A DNA stretch of 64,000 bases from Haliotis cracherodii (GCF_022045235.1 NW_027266285.1:4092001-4156000); one strand, 5' to 3'; counted from the first letter of the stretch, positions 1 to 12,835 are shown. Made by a program: numbers and translations. Notes: a model not told the origin generated them from the sequence alone.

Positions 1-254
1 ATTAGAGGAAGAAGCAGGGCATGTTGTGTAGGTTTATGTACCGTTGCCATCACCAGAGTCCTTAAACTGAATAATATGATGACATGATATCATAATTAGC
101 GTACACAAACTAGCAGTGTCATCGTTTTCTCGTCATTAAATAGGAATATTATTTGAACGCTCCAAACACAAGTAGACGTGTATATTGATACCAAGTAAGT
201 GCAGTAAAGCGGAATCGCTGACCAGGATTAAATCCAGTTTGTTTAGTTCGCTTC

Positions 255-454
255 GGAAACGATATCACGCTTAGGAAACGATAATACCCTTAGGAAACGA
301 TATCACGCGTAGGAAACGATAATACCATTAGGAAACGATATCACGCGCAGGAAACGATAATACCCTTAGGAAACGATATCACGCTTAGGAAACGATAATA
401 CCCTTAGGAAACGATATCACGCGTAGGAAACGATAATACCATTAGGAAACGATA
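255..454. repeat. 19-bp minisatellite with two alternating variants (38-bp dimer), about 10 units
   Basis: GGAAACGATATCACGC(T/G)TA alternates strictly with GGAAACGATAATACC(C/A)TTA. Confidence 0.95.
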
Positions 455-1069
455 ACATTATCCGTCGATTTGTATTTCATTTATACAGGAATTCAACTTT
501 GAATGAATGATATACTTATTAGACACGTTATCAACCTTAACACAAATGAACGGAAATACAGATTAATGACCGACACCGACTATTTCATTTTTTGGGATTG
601 AATGTTTTAGGTACAAAGAAACCCGCCTCAGAAAACCTAAACACCTGATTTCGCTCACCCTTGAAGTCAATACTATGAGAGGAGGACATTTGGCCCTTTC
701 AACATTTACACATCGTGTAGGAAATATATCATGACATCGATGTGGTCGAGGTTAGCTAATAACATTCAACCGATAAAGGAACAATATCCGAGATGTTTAT
801 AACATTCACCCGATGAATCAACAATAATCGAGTTGTTTAAATGACAAAGGAAGAATACTCGAGTTGTCGATAGTTTTCACCCAAAGAACGAACGATACCA
901 GAGTGGTTAAAACGTTTATATTATTCACCTATACATTCACCCGAATATCACCTGATGAGGGGACAAACTCCGAGATTGTTTATAATATGATAAAGGGGAA
1001 AGAGGTAGCAAGTTTCCATGTTCCAACCTTCGAATGCCAGTTTGACTTGTTAATAAACATATAATTCTT

Positions 1070-2750
1070 CATCAGATAGTATCAGCCAGATTTAACAGCG
1101 TCCTGGTACCTGGCCGTCGACCAGGTATGGGACGAACCCCAACTCTCAGTTCATTGCCTGTGTTGTGATCGATGATCGATTGAATAATAGATCTGTAGTT
1201 TGTAGTTCGCCTTTTGTGATCCTCCACTGTAAACCATATGTTATATCCCGTGCCTCTCCCACCCTTCACACTCACACAACAATCACTTACAGTGTGGTCG
1301 AGTCTCTGAGCTGCACAATCAGTTTACACTGGAGTTGGCTAGCCAACTGTTTTCGTGTATGTTCTGATGGCGAAATATTTCATGCCACCGTAAAGCGAGT
1401 GTCTGTACACGCTGCACTTCAAATATTAACCGGTACCATGTCGTTATTGCGTTGCGTCACCATAATACCGTGTAGAGACAGGTTCCTCTTTCCATTAACC
1501 TAGTTCAGCCGACAGCACTCTTTGGAGTTCACTTTATTCAGGTTTGATTCCCATTTGTCATTTTGTTTTCAGTGTTATCGCTAATTCTATACAAACTGCC
1601 CGCGTTAGTCATTCAGTGATCCTAAAGAGCAACATGTCGTTATGTAACCCCAGCTGGCTCTACTGTGGGGGTCGGGGGAGGAATCACATTAGGAGACCTT
1701 ATCTCTGCCCCGTCACCGCGATCTTACAACGTCACCACATTCCTTCATAAAAGTACGATTTCGAAGGAAAAAGTAGATTACATCACGTACTAAAACTGGA
1801 GAAACTGTTGTTAATATTAGAATATCGTTGTTAATATTTTGGTTAAAGGCTTGAAATTATGTCTCCCACGTTTATACAAATACCACAAAAAGTATAATTC
1901 AATAAATGAAAGATCGGTTGCTAGGTTAGGAAAGGATAACGCTGATAACGAGAAATGTACTATGAATATTGCAAACATGAAACAACAGCTAGTTGTATCC
2001 CTTCTCACTCTGCCGCAGACTACTTACAAACGATGACGCTAGGCGGCATCTTTGCTCAATTCTGATTTACTGCTGTAAAGTCGTCCATGGCGTTATTTGC
2101 CTCGCCACGATACGTTTAAAGGCTTTTAAAGCTGCTGGCGTCTAAACTTGGCGCCGTGTAAGGTTTCAATGGCCGTTTGCCTGTTGATGAATGACTTGTC
2201 TGTTTGAACTTTGACCACAAGGGCCGCTTTACTACTTCGCAGATAGCTACGCGTAGGGGAAGTAGATTTACAAATTATGGAAATTCGTCGTTTGTGTTGA
2301 TGTGGCCGTAGGCTGCCTATAAACCCGGATTCCAGCGTCGGGAATTTTCGTCAATGAGCGTAAATAAATCCGGAGTCACATTATCCAGTAACGCGACGCA
2401 TATTGAAAATCTATAGTTCATACGAGCAGTAATTAATATTCTCAATGCTACTAACGAAGAAGAGAAGGCGAGACGTTGCCGCCTAATTCTTTGTCCACTC
2501 CACGCACTCTTGACCATATCTGATTTACACCCGCGTAATGATTTCATCCTGCTGTGATGCAAACATGTCTTACCCAATCACAGTCATAAACATACAGGAA
2601 AATAGTGCGCGACGGAAAATAGATCAAGGCTCTGTGATCTTCGGCTTCATCTCGGAGTTAGCAAGACACAGACAATCGCCCCAGGCGTCAAGTGGTGTAT
2701 ATTTCCCGGGATTGAGGGACATCTTGCCAATATTAACCATTACAGAGCTA
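1070..2750 (-). mobile_element. Heavily decayed Ty3/gypsy LTR-retrotransposon gag (possibly also protease) relic
   Basis: My translation of the minus strand from about 2700 gives, in one frame with stops, AWGDCLCLANSEMK..RALFSCMFMTVIG*DMF..NINYCSYEL*IFNMRR..SGFIYAH*RKF. Further on, with frameshifts, are QTAIETLHGAKFRRQQL and CK*/CGR..SCC. The order resembles invertebrate gypsy Gag (W..Y..A, L.VIG.D, YER..FN.R, LTL..AI, CxxCG knuckle). No LTR is seen. The match is by recalled motifs only. Confidence 0.4.
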
Positions 2751-3270
2751 AATTAGTTCATATGAGCTTACTTCGGAATAAATTCGTACACATATGGACC
2801 AACACATTGCAAGTGCTCATGCAAATGATCCAATTTTCCCCTTGCTTTAAACTAGACGCCCACACTCATGATCTCCGTAATTTAAATTCTTTAGGAAGTT
2901 ATTTCTTTGTTTTATGACATTTTCAACACGGAAAAGGTTAACGTTGTTGAACGCGCCACTTTGACCCCAACATCACTTAGAATTACGATGAATTTCACCC
3001 ACTAACTTTCTGACTTCACTCCTTGGGGAATTATTATCCCCTTAAAATAATAGCCAAACGTTGGTAAGAATTTTGCCTAACTAAACAGAATCAAAATAGA
3101 CGGGTGAGCAAAACAACACAAACATCGTTTGACCGAGATCCAAAATACTTCTGCAGGTGTATACTGCAAACTGGGGAATGCGGGGTGATTATCGAGTCGC
3201 TCTTATAAAACTCTTGAAATATCAACCACGGAAACACTTGTCCATATCTGGGGAACGACTTGACGACTAA

Positions 3271-4371
3271 ACCACCGACTAACTGACTGCGTGGAAGATG
3301 CACCACCGACTTAATGACTGCGAGGAAGATCCACCACAGACACACTGACTGCGTAGAAGATCCACCACCGACACACTGACTGCGTAGAAGATCCACCACC
3401 GACACACTGACTGCGTAGAAGATCAACCACCGACTAACTGACTGTGTGGAAGATCAACCACCGACTAACTGACTGTGTGGAAGATCCTGCACCGACTAAC
3501 TGAATGTGTGGAAGATCAACCACCAACTAACTGAATGCGTAGGAGATCCTGCACCGACTAACTGACTGTGTGGAAGATCAACCACCGACTAACTGACTGT
3601 GTGGAAGATCCACAACTGACTAACTGACTGCATTGAAGATCCACCACCGACTAACTGAATGTGTGGGAGATCAACCACCGACTAACTGACTGTGTGGAAG
3701 ATCCACAACTGACTAACTGACTGTGTGGAAGATCCACCACCGACTAACTGAATGTGTGGAAGATCCACAACTAACTAACTGACTGCATTGAAGATCAACC
3801 ACCGACTCACTGACTGCGTTGGTGATCAACCACCAACTAACTGACTGTGGAAGATCTCTCACCCACTCGCTGACTGTGTGAAAGGTCCACATACGACTAA
3901 CTGACTGTGTAGAAGATCCACCACCGCCTGACTGACTGTGTGGAAGATCAACCACCGACTCACTGACTGTGTGGAAGATCCACCACCGACTCACTGACGG
4001 CATAGAAGATCCACCACAGACTCACTGAATGCGTGGAAGATCCACCACGGACTCACTGACTGCGTGGAAGATCCACCACCGACTCACTGACTGTGTAGAA
4101 GATCCACCATTGACTCACCGAATGCGTGGAAGATCCACCACCGACTCACTGACTACGTGGAAGATCCACCACCGACTCACTGACTGACTGGACGATCAAA
4201 TACAGACTCACTGACTGCATGGAAGATCCACCACAGACTCACTGAATGCGTGGAAGATCCACCACCGACTCACTGACTGACTGGACGATCAAATACAGAC
4301 TCACTGACTGCGTGGAAGATCCACCACAGACTCACTGACTGCGTGGAAGATCAAATACAGACTCACTGACT
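3271..4371. repeat. 31-bp minisatellite, about 35 copies
   Basis: Unit CCACCACCGACT(A/C)ACTGACTG(T/C)GTGGAAGAT; period 31 (3361 to 3392). Confidence 0.97.
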
Positions 4372-4904
4372 ACCAGCCCGTGCAGCATATGTATGGATCT
4401 ATTGTAATCTAATTATAGCTTGCGTGGAAGCTCCAGTGTGAAAGACTGGGATCTCAATAGTGAAGATGATTCATTGAGAAGGATCCGAATAGTGTCAATG
4501 GTATTCAGATGAAAATAACACTTCCTGCCTGCATGACTGCCCTTTTTTCCATAATGAGAGGAGCATTAAGGTGCACTCCAAACATTTAAACAACCGGCGA
4601 AAGCGGGACATAGAAAAGGGTCATTAAAAATTTGCAAGATAAAGAAAACCAACTACATCACAATGATGTCAATCATTCCGAGAGGCTATAATGTGGTTAG
4701 TATATAAAGTGGTATTTTCAAATATCCTTTGTCTTACGAGAAACGGAGATAGTTTGATCTTCTTAAACTAGGAATTATACTTATCAGACACAGTCTCTTG
4801 TGTCTCTGAAACTTATCTCAAAATGTGTGTGACTGAGGATTGTTCAAAACTCGTTATCATTCAGTATGTTAAGCCACTCTTTGTGCTGCTTGTTTGTATT
4901 AAAG

Positions 4905-6371
4905 AAGAATGCCACTCTGCACCAGGAAGCCTAAACGTAACTTCATTCTCAGGTGAGTATACACCCCTTATGAGGCACCGTCACATTACTGCCGGGTACC
5001 CAACACTACGGGGTGAAGTGAGGCACCACATCAGTCTGGGTCTCTCCGCAACCAACGCTATCAAACCGCCACCTATGGCGAGCGCATTTAATCACACCCT
5101 CATATGGAGATGAAGAATATGTTTCTTCCGAGATGATTCAGTCGCGAAGTCCTCACTTACATCTAATCAGTAGCATACGATGGGTGATAGAGACTCCCTA
5201 GAACTGCCATAAGTAAGAAATTACTTTCCTGGCATGAAAACAAACTATTCCGTTACTTTTTAATTCACCAATTTTCGTTTGCCAAAAAGTGTTCTCATCC
5301 CTCCACGACGCCCATATCCAAATTGGTGTCCTCACACATCTACACCCTCTCACCTCATTCCAGCTTCCCCCACAGCACCTGAATTAACCCCTGTCACTCC
5401 GCTGCTAGCGAAGACTGGACGTTCGATCAGTACTACAGGTGCGACTTTGAGATGACATTTCACAAGCTACAGGAGCTGATTAAGAAGTCGTTCTTGCATC
5501 CCGTAATAACTTCAGTACAAAGGTTTGGTAGTTGCCTTGATGAGAGTTGTCTCGCAAATTATCTCGGGCGTTTCCCGAAGGAATAATAGTAAAGAAATAA
5601 TAGCTTCAACTATAATTCATATAATGGTTCTAATCATTTTACACAGGCCAAGATTTCCTGAACATGTGCCACAAGGTAGCTGCAATACTGACTGGAGGGG
5701 GCGCGGCGGTATGGAGCCTTGCTGGAAGTGGTCTGTGCTCGTCGTGCCGTTCCTATACCTTACAGGAAGGTTGAAGGTGCGACAAAGGTGCGATGTTGCG
5801 ATCGTAAGCATTAACGAGAATGACTGAGTTATATCAAGGTGAGACTGATGTGGAAGAAAATCTTAAATCAAGGCAGGTGAACCCAACGACGAGCACGGAG
5901 AAACTGTAGCAAAGTGAAGAATGCATTCCTGTAACATCCTGCTACATCACACACATGCTTATAACCAGGGTAATTAGCAACAGGATAAACACACGAGAAC
6001 TACCCTGGGCTATAACGAACAGTGGTTAGTGTAGCTTGTAGTTGTTTAGATTGTGACGGATGCTTGGTTTGACCTGGGTGGATCACATGGCAAACCTCAC
6101 GGTGCACCTGGGCTTCCTCCCACATACCATTCATCTGAAGAGAGTGAAGGTGAACGTGACATATATTGTTTTGGTTTTTATTTTATAGGAATGATGTATT
6201 TGTCAAGAGGGCAAAAAAGAGGACGAGACAGTTGCGAAGAACGTTGCCAAGAACGATGATAGCCTACATCAATTATCATGTCGAACAACACACAGCAGCC
6301 TCGGGTCCTGTCGCGTCCATGTGCCTGTTTCATTGAAGTCAATGCGCATGCGTAGCTTTGGAGATTTATAG
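4905..6371 (+). pseudogene. Possible decayed multi-exon Cys-rich (EGF/MEGF-like) gene fragment
   Basis: AG..GT-bounded segments at 4905-4952, 5376-5522, 5647-5838, 6050-6149 and from 6189. Fragments such as CHSAASEDWTFDQYYRC, PEHVPQGSCNTD, GLCSSCRSY, DCDGCL..PGW and CICQEGKK/DSCEERCQER lie in shifting frames with stops. Confidence 0.3.
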
Positions 6372-7110
6372 ATTGTAAATAAGGCGTGGATTCAAGTCGC
6401 GGATCAGTGATGACAAACGGACTTCTCATCACGATCTGCTGTTGATCTCTGAACGGAACCGTCGCCATCTTGCCAATTTAACCGATAATCTATCAAAGGT
6501 CAATTCAGCTTTTAATGGACGATGTTTGTTCGACAGCAGTTCCTGACCTTTGGTCCAGACTGCACCAAGCCAAGACCGCTATGTACGTTCCACTGACATT
6601 AGGAACACACTAGATTCGAGGGAGTTTGTCAAGATTGTCCAGGAACACCGTTATATTTGTTGCAACATCATGCAATTTATTCAGGCAGTTTTAGTTTCAA
6701 TAAAATCAATCAATAGGAAAACGGCAACCTGAAGATCATAACTTGCTTCGGTTTGCGAATTTGGTTGAAGCTTCAAACACTGCCTACCAGTTGAAAATGG
6801 CGCGCTCGCCTATTTCACGGTTACCTGGTGGCATCTTGGCCATGATTCCGTTAGATGCAGATTGCATGAATAGAGAATGTGAAGGGCTGTAGTCTAGATG
6901 ACTCCGAAGAGCATTCATCATAGATCATTTGTATCCAGTACCAACTGATTGATGCTGATAAATTTTAATTTACAAATCATGTTTATGTTTGAGATAAACT
7001 TAAAATTGTTAGAGGTCATCACGGCGCAAGAACATATCGATATACTGTGTTGGCCATGAGGATTGTCGGAAGCATATGCGGAAGAACTACACATACTTCT
7101 TATATTTGTG

Positions 7111-7272
7111 GGGGCGGTCGGGTAGCCTAGTGGTTAAAGCGTTAGCTCGTCACGCCGAAGACCCGGGTTCGATTCCCGACATGGGTACAATGTGTGAAGC
7201 CCATTTCTGGTGTCCCCCGCCGTGATATTGCTGGAATATTGCTAAAAGCGGCGTAAAACCGAACTCACTCAC
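7111..7272 (+). mobile_element. tRNA-derived SINE, family A, full length
   Basis: A box TAGCCTAGTGG, B box GGTTCGATTCC, tail GCTGGAATATTGCTAAAAGCGGCGTAAAAC plus (ACTC)n. Perfect 13-bp TSD TCTTATATTTGTG at 7098-7110 and 7273-7285. Confidence 0.95.
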
Positions 7273-8338
7273 TCTTATATTTGTGTGATGACCATCTCCT
7301 GACAAGAATGTTAAGTCTGTGAATAATTACCCCGAGAAGTTTTCATGTGATGTCACAATTAAAACGCGACGATACGGCGTAGTGTGAGTATATGATGACA
7401 GAGCAGGGGTCAAGGTTATTACCCTGAACTCAAACTAAAAAAAAGCAACGTGTTATTGTAATAAAAATGAAAAAAACTGTACATAAGCCGGGAAAAGAAA
7501 AGCATATGTCATCTTGATATTTTACACGCATCGGAGGTTTTACTGACTTCCTGTGTGAACATTGTACAAACGAAAGCAACTATTTACAGAACTACTCTGC
7601 CCCAGCTCCCCGTCTCAGTTCTGTGGCTAGTTACATTGCGTCATGGCGGTGTATTCTTGTTCCTATGTAATCAACGTTGATTTGAGAGTTTACGTTTCAC
7701 GTAGTTTATTCCGAATGAACTAATATGACTAAATTTCCAATAACGTTTTTATTTGCATAATAATAATTTGCAGCACATTGGCAGTGTTGTAATCCCAACC
7801 TTTTATTACTATCCTGTTGAATTAAATTGCCCAAAACATGCGGCACTGCCTCTTTGGCGTGTCGTGCGGAGATTGAAATTGACGTGTCAGTTTAAAGCGA
7901 ACTCATGACACTCATTTTAAGAGCTACGGTTCAAAATCCTCCAATTTAATCATTTTTGTTTGTTCAACTATTCAAGTGGTTGGCCTCTAGGCAGTGTGTT
8001 GTTATCGCGCTTATCTCCGCTGTTACTGACGGTGGCCAGGGCGACCTCGCAAGCAGAACCTACTGCCGCGCCTCCCGCGTTGATCATAGTACATATAGTA
8101 TTCTGTGAATGCTTCCTTCAAATCTGGTTATTGTTAGGAATATACTGAATGAATGGAGATAACTGATATGACTGAAATGCGTGAAAGAAGATTTCTTGGA
8201 ACGCCAGCCCGAAAAATACAAGCTGGAGGGGGCATTGTTACATTATCAAATCAAATCTTGTTACCTGTTACCATCATGGTGCAACTGTTATACACGTAAC
8301 TCACTAATGCTATATCAAAAGGGCGCCCACTATTGATA

Positions 8339-9678
8339 CGAGGGTTGAGTGAGTAGTTCCCGGCCTCAGGTGGAGAGAATTGCGTAAGAGCAAAATATTT
8401 TGTTGAGGACAATACGTGATGTCATGGAGTTATATCCAAAAAAACTTCAGTTGAAAATTGGGAAAATTATTTTATTGTGACAAGTCAGTAAAATAAGCAG
8501 GGGTCCGAACAAATGTAAAGGAAAGTGCAAAGAGCCAGTACTTGAAACAAGGGCTTAACACCAAAACCTTTTCATGAAGATATGAGTACAACTCTTGGGG
8601 GAACCTCCCTTCCTGTGCCACCATAAAAGTGGACAGCAGGGTTTTAGCATGGCAGGGGGAGCCTTGAAAACAATTTTTGTCCTGGAAGGGCAACATCGGA
8701 AATGATCCTGAACCACGGTATGGTGATGAGCCGCCCGCGAATGAATGAACGTGATACTGCTAGTTCAGTAGGTATTCCACAGGAGAGACTACATTCCACC
8801 ATCACAGAAGCTTTGGCAATGAAGAAAACATGAGCTCGTTGGGTTCCAAAGCTTCAGACGTCTGATGATAAACGCACCAGGCACAATGTGTCACGTCATA
8901 ATCTAGCTCTGTTTGAGTGAGCGAGCGAGTGAGTGAGTGAGTATGGTTTTGTGCCGCCTTTAGCAATATTCCAACAATATTGCGTGGGACAACAGAAATG
9001 GCCTTCACACATTGTACCCATGTGGGGAATCGAACCCGGGTATTCAGCATGACGAGAGAACGATTTAACCACGAGGCTACCCAACCGCCCACAGCTGTTT
9101 GAAGGTTCTTGTAACGATTTGTGACTATGTTTGAAAATAACGAAACAGTGGAAGCGTTTAACATCACCACCATAAAGAAGGCAGAGACTATTCCATCAGC
9201 TCGAAGGTTCTTGCCTCCGTGTATCTGGGGTGCCGAGGGTGTCGTCATGTTGTACGATGCCCCCAAAGACCGGACATTAAACGGAGGCAATTACGGATGA
9301 GAAAAGGCTTCAAGACTAAGGAAACTGAGAAAATGTGTGTTCTTCCATCAGGACAATGCACGGGCGCATAAATTAGTTATTACATGGCTACAATCCACAA
9401 TTGTGGCTTTGAACTCCATCAGCATCAAGCTTATTCTCCTGATTTAGGTCACAGTCAGACAGATGTTGCCAAACATGAAGTCAGCTCTAGCCGGAACGCA
9501 TTTAGACTCGAACGATGACGTCATAGCAGCTACAGAGGCATTTTAGGACAGCCAAGAGAACTTCCATGAACCCCTCCAAAATGGTTGTAAAAAATGTATC
9601 AATGCAAAAATATATCATTTTAATGTGTTTTGGTGAAGTGTTTCTATGTGAGGCTCAGAACTTTTCAATCGACCCTCG
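8339..9678 (+). mobile_element. Full-length but decayed mariner DNA transposon
   Basis: Imperfect ~30-bp TIRs (CGAGGGTTGAGTGAGTAGTTCCCGGCCTCA versus revcomp CGAGGGTCGATTGAAAAGTTCTGAGCCTCA) flanked by TA. Transposase motifs ARWVPKL (~8836), FFHQDNARAH (~9340) and AYSPDL (~9430), with frameshifts. Confidence 0.93.
8915..9090 (-). mobile_element. Family A SINE nested in the mariner
   Basis: Diverged reverse-complement copy of 7111-7272 with a (GAGT)n tail; CTGTTTGA occurs on both sides (TSD-like). Confidence 0.92.
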
Positions 9679-10278
9679 TATGTATGACATCATATTCCCA
9701 GCAATAGAATCAAGACATTTATATTGATGTCTATTTGTCGAGCCAAATTTTCACAAAAGTGTAATAATGTTGTGATGAAAAACTTAAAAGTATATCATTA
9801 TAGGAAAGGAAATATATCTTTGACTGATTCGAATGATATGATGCTAAGATAGCCGTCGTATCAAATTACACGAGATAAATTCTGTGGGAAGTTACCAAAA
9901 GAAGTTACACTTCTGAAACGAGACCGTGGTAGGAAATGTTTCCAGGATATTTATCAGAATAGAATTGCGGTGTGATACAATGGATAATCAAAGATGGGAT
10001 ATGTCAATCAGTTAACTCTATGTACAAATACACTACATGAGAACAAGCTTAGTTGGCAGAATGAGTTGTAGTCATTGCTAAAGATTTTTAGAAAAATTAA
10101 AAGTTGTTGCAAGAATTTACAGCCGAAACCAACACAAACACAAGGAAGCATTTGTATAGGCTGTAGGCAATAACATGGAGGGTCGGAGTGTGCAACTGAA
10201 ACTACCTAAGCTAGATGACATGGTTATATAGTTTGTCGTTTCCATTTCCGAAAACCTCTTGTCGTTACTTACATTGTA

Positions 10279-10437
10279 CGGTGAAACCTCGTTTGTCCGG
10301 ACCTGTCCAGCAACCTCGCAGTCAGGACGATATGTATATATCCACTATTCTGTACTCAATGTACATCGCATCCATGATTAGTCCATCCGGACGATTACCC
10401 TTGGAAAAGCACCTTCTTAATTAACGACGTTTCACTC
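10279..10437. mobile_element. Tc1/pogo-type MITE, about 160 bp
   Basis: TA-CGGTGAAACCTCGTT ... AACGACGTTTCACTC-TA: imperfect 15-bp TIRs with TA flanks. Confidence 0.55.
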
Positions 10438-11031
10438 TATTCATTTATTGACAGAAATATATGCACGCATATTTTGTTTTGCATTATTTGGGAGACATGA
10501 GCTTCAGATCAACGTTACTGTAACAACTTACTAGCAGATAGCAAGGTTAGCAGGGGCAACAATTGAGCCTGTGTGCATATATCTAATTATATTTACATAC
10601 TATATTTGGACGAGATTATAACTTTCCCTGGTACCACTAGAATATCGAGGCCAAGAAAACTGCGAAAATAGCACCTAGAAGAAGGTGAATGTTTACTCAG
10701 ATCTCATGACAATTGATCTTCACGGATTTACAAGTGTTGTGTCGATGGCTCCAGTTCCCTCCACTACTCATCTCACAGACATATAAGTGTTATGTCAGTG
10801 ACTGCATACACATCGGTACATCGTGGTATATCAATTAAATATCAGCGAATTATTGTTATTGATCTGTGACTCAGCTCACACGTTTTGTCTTAAACCACGG
10901 TCACTATGACAACTGCCCCAGAGGGCGTGCAGTATCTCCATGCTGGGGCAGTTGACACTCATTGTGGTCTCCTGACAGAGTCTTTAGTTTACAGATAACA
11001 ATGTCAACATATTCTTACATCACTGAATAAT

Positions 11032-12487
11032 ATAAGGGTAACGCTATTTTTCAGGGCATTATCATTTGTAGAAGCCCGAGGTCTTCCATTAACTGCCCGA
11101 CGAAAGAGGGCGGTTGAAAAGACCGGGGTCTACTGCAAATGATAATGCCCTGAAAAATAGCGTTACCGTTATTATAGCTAAAATGAATGAAATTTGGTAT
11201 CAAATAAAAATAAACAAAATTATTATATAATGGGTAGGTTTCTCGGCAGGATAAAGCCAACGGATAAAAACGATATCCGTTGGGGTCATATGCGGATAGA
11301 GATACAAATATCAAAGGTCAAGTAGGACTACTTTCACTGTTTACAAACAGACATGGCGTCGTCCTCGTCATTAGGCGATCGAGTCAGAATTAACCATCGT
11401 GAATCTGGATAAATTACAGAGGTAATTGCTATCATTATCAAAAGAACAGTCTAATATACTGAAAATCAGTGTCTAACTGTGACGTGGCTAAGGCATTTTA
11501 TAAGTTTGGGCAACTTTGGAGATATCTCATAATTTCGAAACAATTTTGCGAGGGCACGAGGCCTAGCCAGTAGCCATCAGTAGCCATATCTGTGCTTGTA
11601 GACCTCTGCGGCTTGAAACCTTCTCATCAAAATAGTTAGATTTGGTCGAAATATGTTTGAATTGGGAATTGTTATCTTGTTTCGTTTTGTCGCTGTGTGT
11701 ACATCTGACTACACTTCTTCACGTTATGACAGGACAGACCGACTGTCAAGAACGTCTGACCGTGGCCGTGACGTCTCATAGACTAGGGTTAGAGTATCTT
11801 CCCTTTGACAAAGGGCAGTTACTCTAGCGGACAGACAGATGGATTGCCGCGAAAGGCAATTAAAAACAATTGTTGTTTTGCGTATATGTTGCTACGCCAC
11901 TGTATAAGAAGCAGATTTTAGTTGGAACTATATTGGCTACTGTCACTGTCCGACTGACACATCACTTACCCTGTGACGTAATAAATATTAATGCGCGCAT
12001 TCCAGGAAAACTCGCAATGTTTCGGTAATGTTTGTGAGAGAGGGAAAGCGATTTTCAAGCACAGAATTAAAGAATGACATTATATGATAAAGAGGTTATC
12101 ACGCTTGTGTGTTTGGGGATGGTAAATATCCTGTATTAGGAATAGACACAATGTATTTAGCTCGCCATTATTCCTAATGCAGGATATTTACCATCCCCAA
12201 ACACACACGCGTGATAACCTCTATATATCGGTTTTGAAACATTTACAGCAATCAACACAAATGTCACTGACCCATTTTTACAGATATGGAAACGTCATAG
12301 AACAAACCAGATGACGTCACTATTGAACGTGACGTCACCTATCCCTACCATATGACGTCAACTAACAACGGGCGTGATAATGGCCCGTCGTCAAGCAATA
12401 TGAGGGCATTATCAAGTTACAGTGGCCCGCTCATTTCTGATAACATGCGGGAGGTTTAATGATAATTCTATCCATTTTAGCTATAAT
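11032..12487. mobile_element. Non-autonomous hairpin-terminated element (outer)
   Basis: Hairpin of about 140 bp at 11032-11172, then ATTATAGCTAAAATG (11171-11185). Its perfect inverted copy CATTTTAGCTATAAT is at 12473-12487. Confidence 0.65.
11220..12228. mobile_element. Second hairpin-terminated element nested in opposite orientation (inner)
   Basis: Hairpin 12091-12222 with 54-bp arms and 2 mismatches. The adjacent ATTATATGATAA (12079-12090) is inverted, with 1 mismatch, at 11220-11231. Confidence 0.55.
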
Positions 12488-12492
12488 TAGGT

Positions 12493-12779
12493 GGGGGCAC
12501 GGGTGGCCCAGTCGTCTAAGGCGCCGCGATTCGCTGTGCAGAGTTGCGTCCCTTGGGCAAGCCAGAAACCTATGATTGTGGGGTACAATTCTGGTTCGCC
12601 CCGATTATGTTTTTAGGTTTGTCAGCACCATACCCGTGATCGTGGGTTTCACCGAAGTGGTAAACGTCTGAGACCTCCATCACTTCGGGGTTTCCTCCCA
12701 CATTAAGCTGACACGCCGTGATATATCTGGACTACTGTTAAAAGCGGCGTTAAACCCAACTCACTCACTCACTCACTCA
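12493..12779 (+). mobile_element. tRNA-derived SINE, family B (V-domain/RUDI-like)
   Basis: tRNA-like head GGCACGGGTGGCCCAGTCGTCTAAGGCGCC. GTGGGTTTC...GGTTTCCTCCCAC resembles the V-SINE domain (recalled). Tail is similar to family A, plus (ACTC)n. TSD CTATAATTA(G/A)GT at 12481-12492 and 12780-12791. Confidence 0.8.
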
Positions 12780-12835
12780 CTATAATTAAGTATATGAGTC
12801 CCTGAACCTGTCTGTCTTTCTCAGTTATAGCCAGA

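Noticed and set aside
6405-6450. SECIS-like ATGA..GA stem
   Set aside because: Helix II pairs poorly and the apical AA is absent.
7111-7185. tRNA gene
   Set aside because: It continues into a SINE body and tail with a TSD, and has diverged copies elsewhere. The same reasoning applies to the tRNA-like heads at 12493 and 56733.
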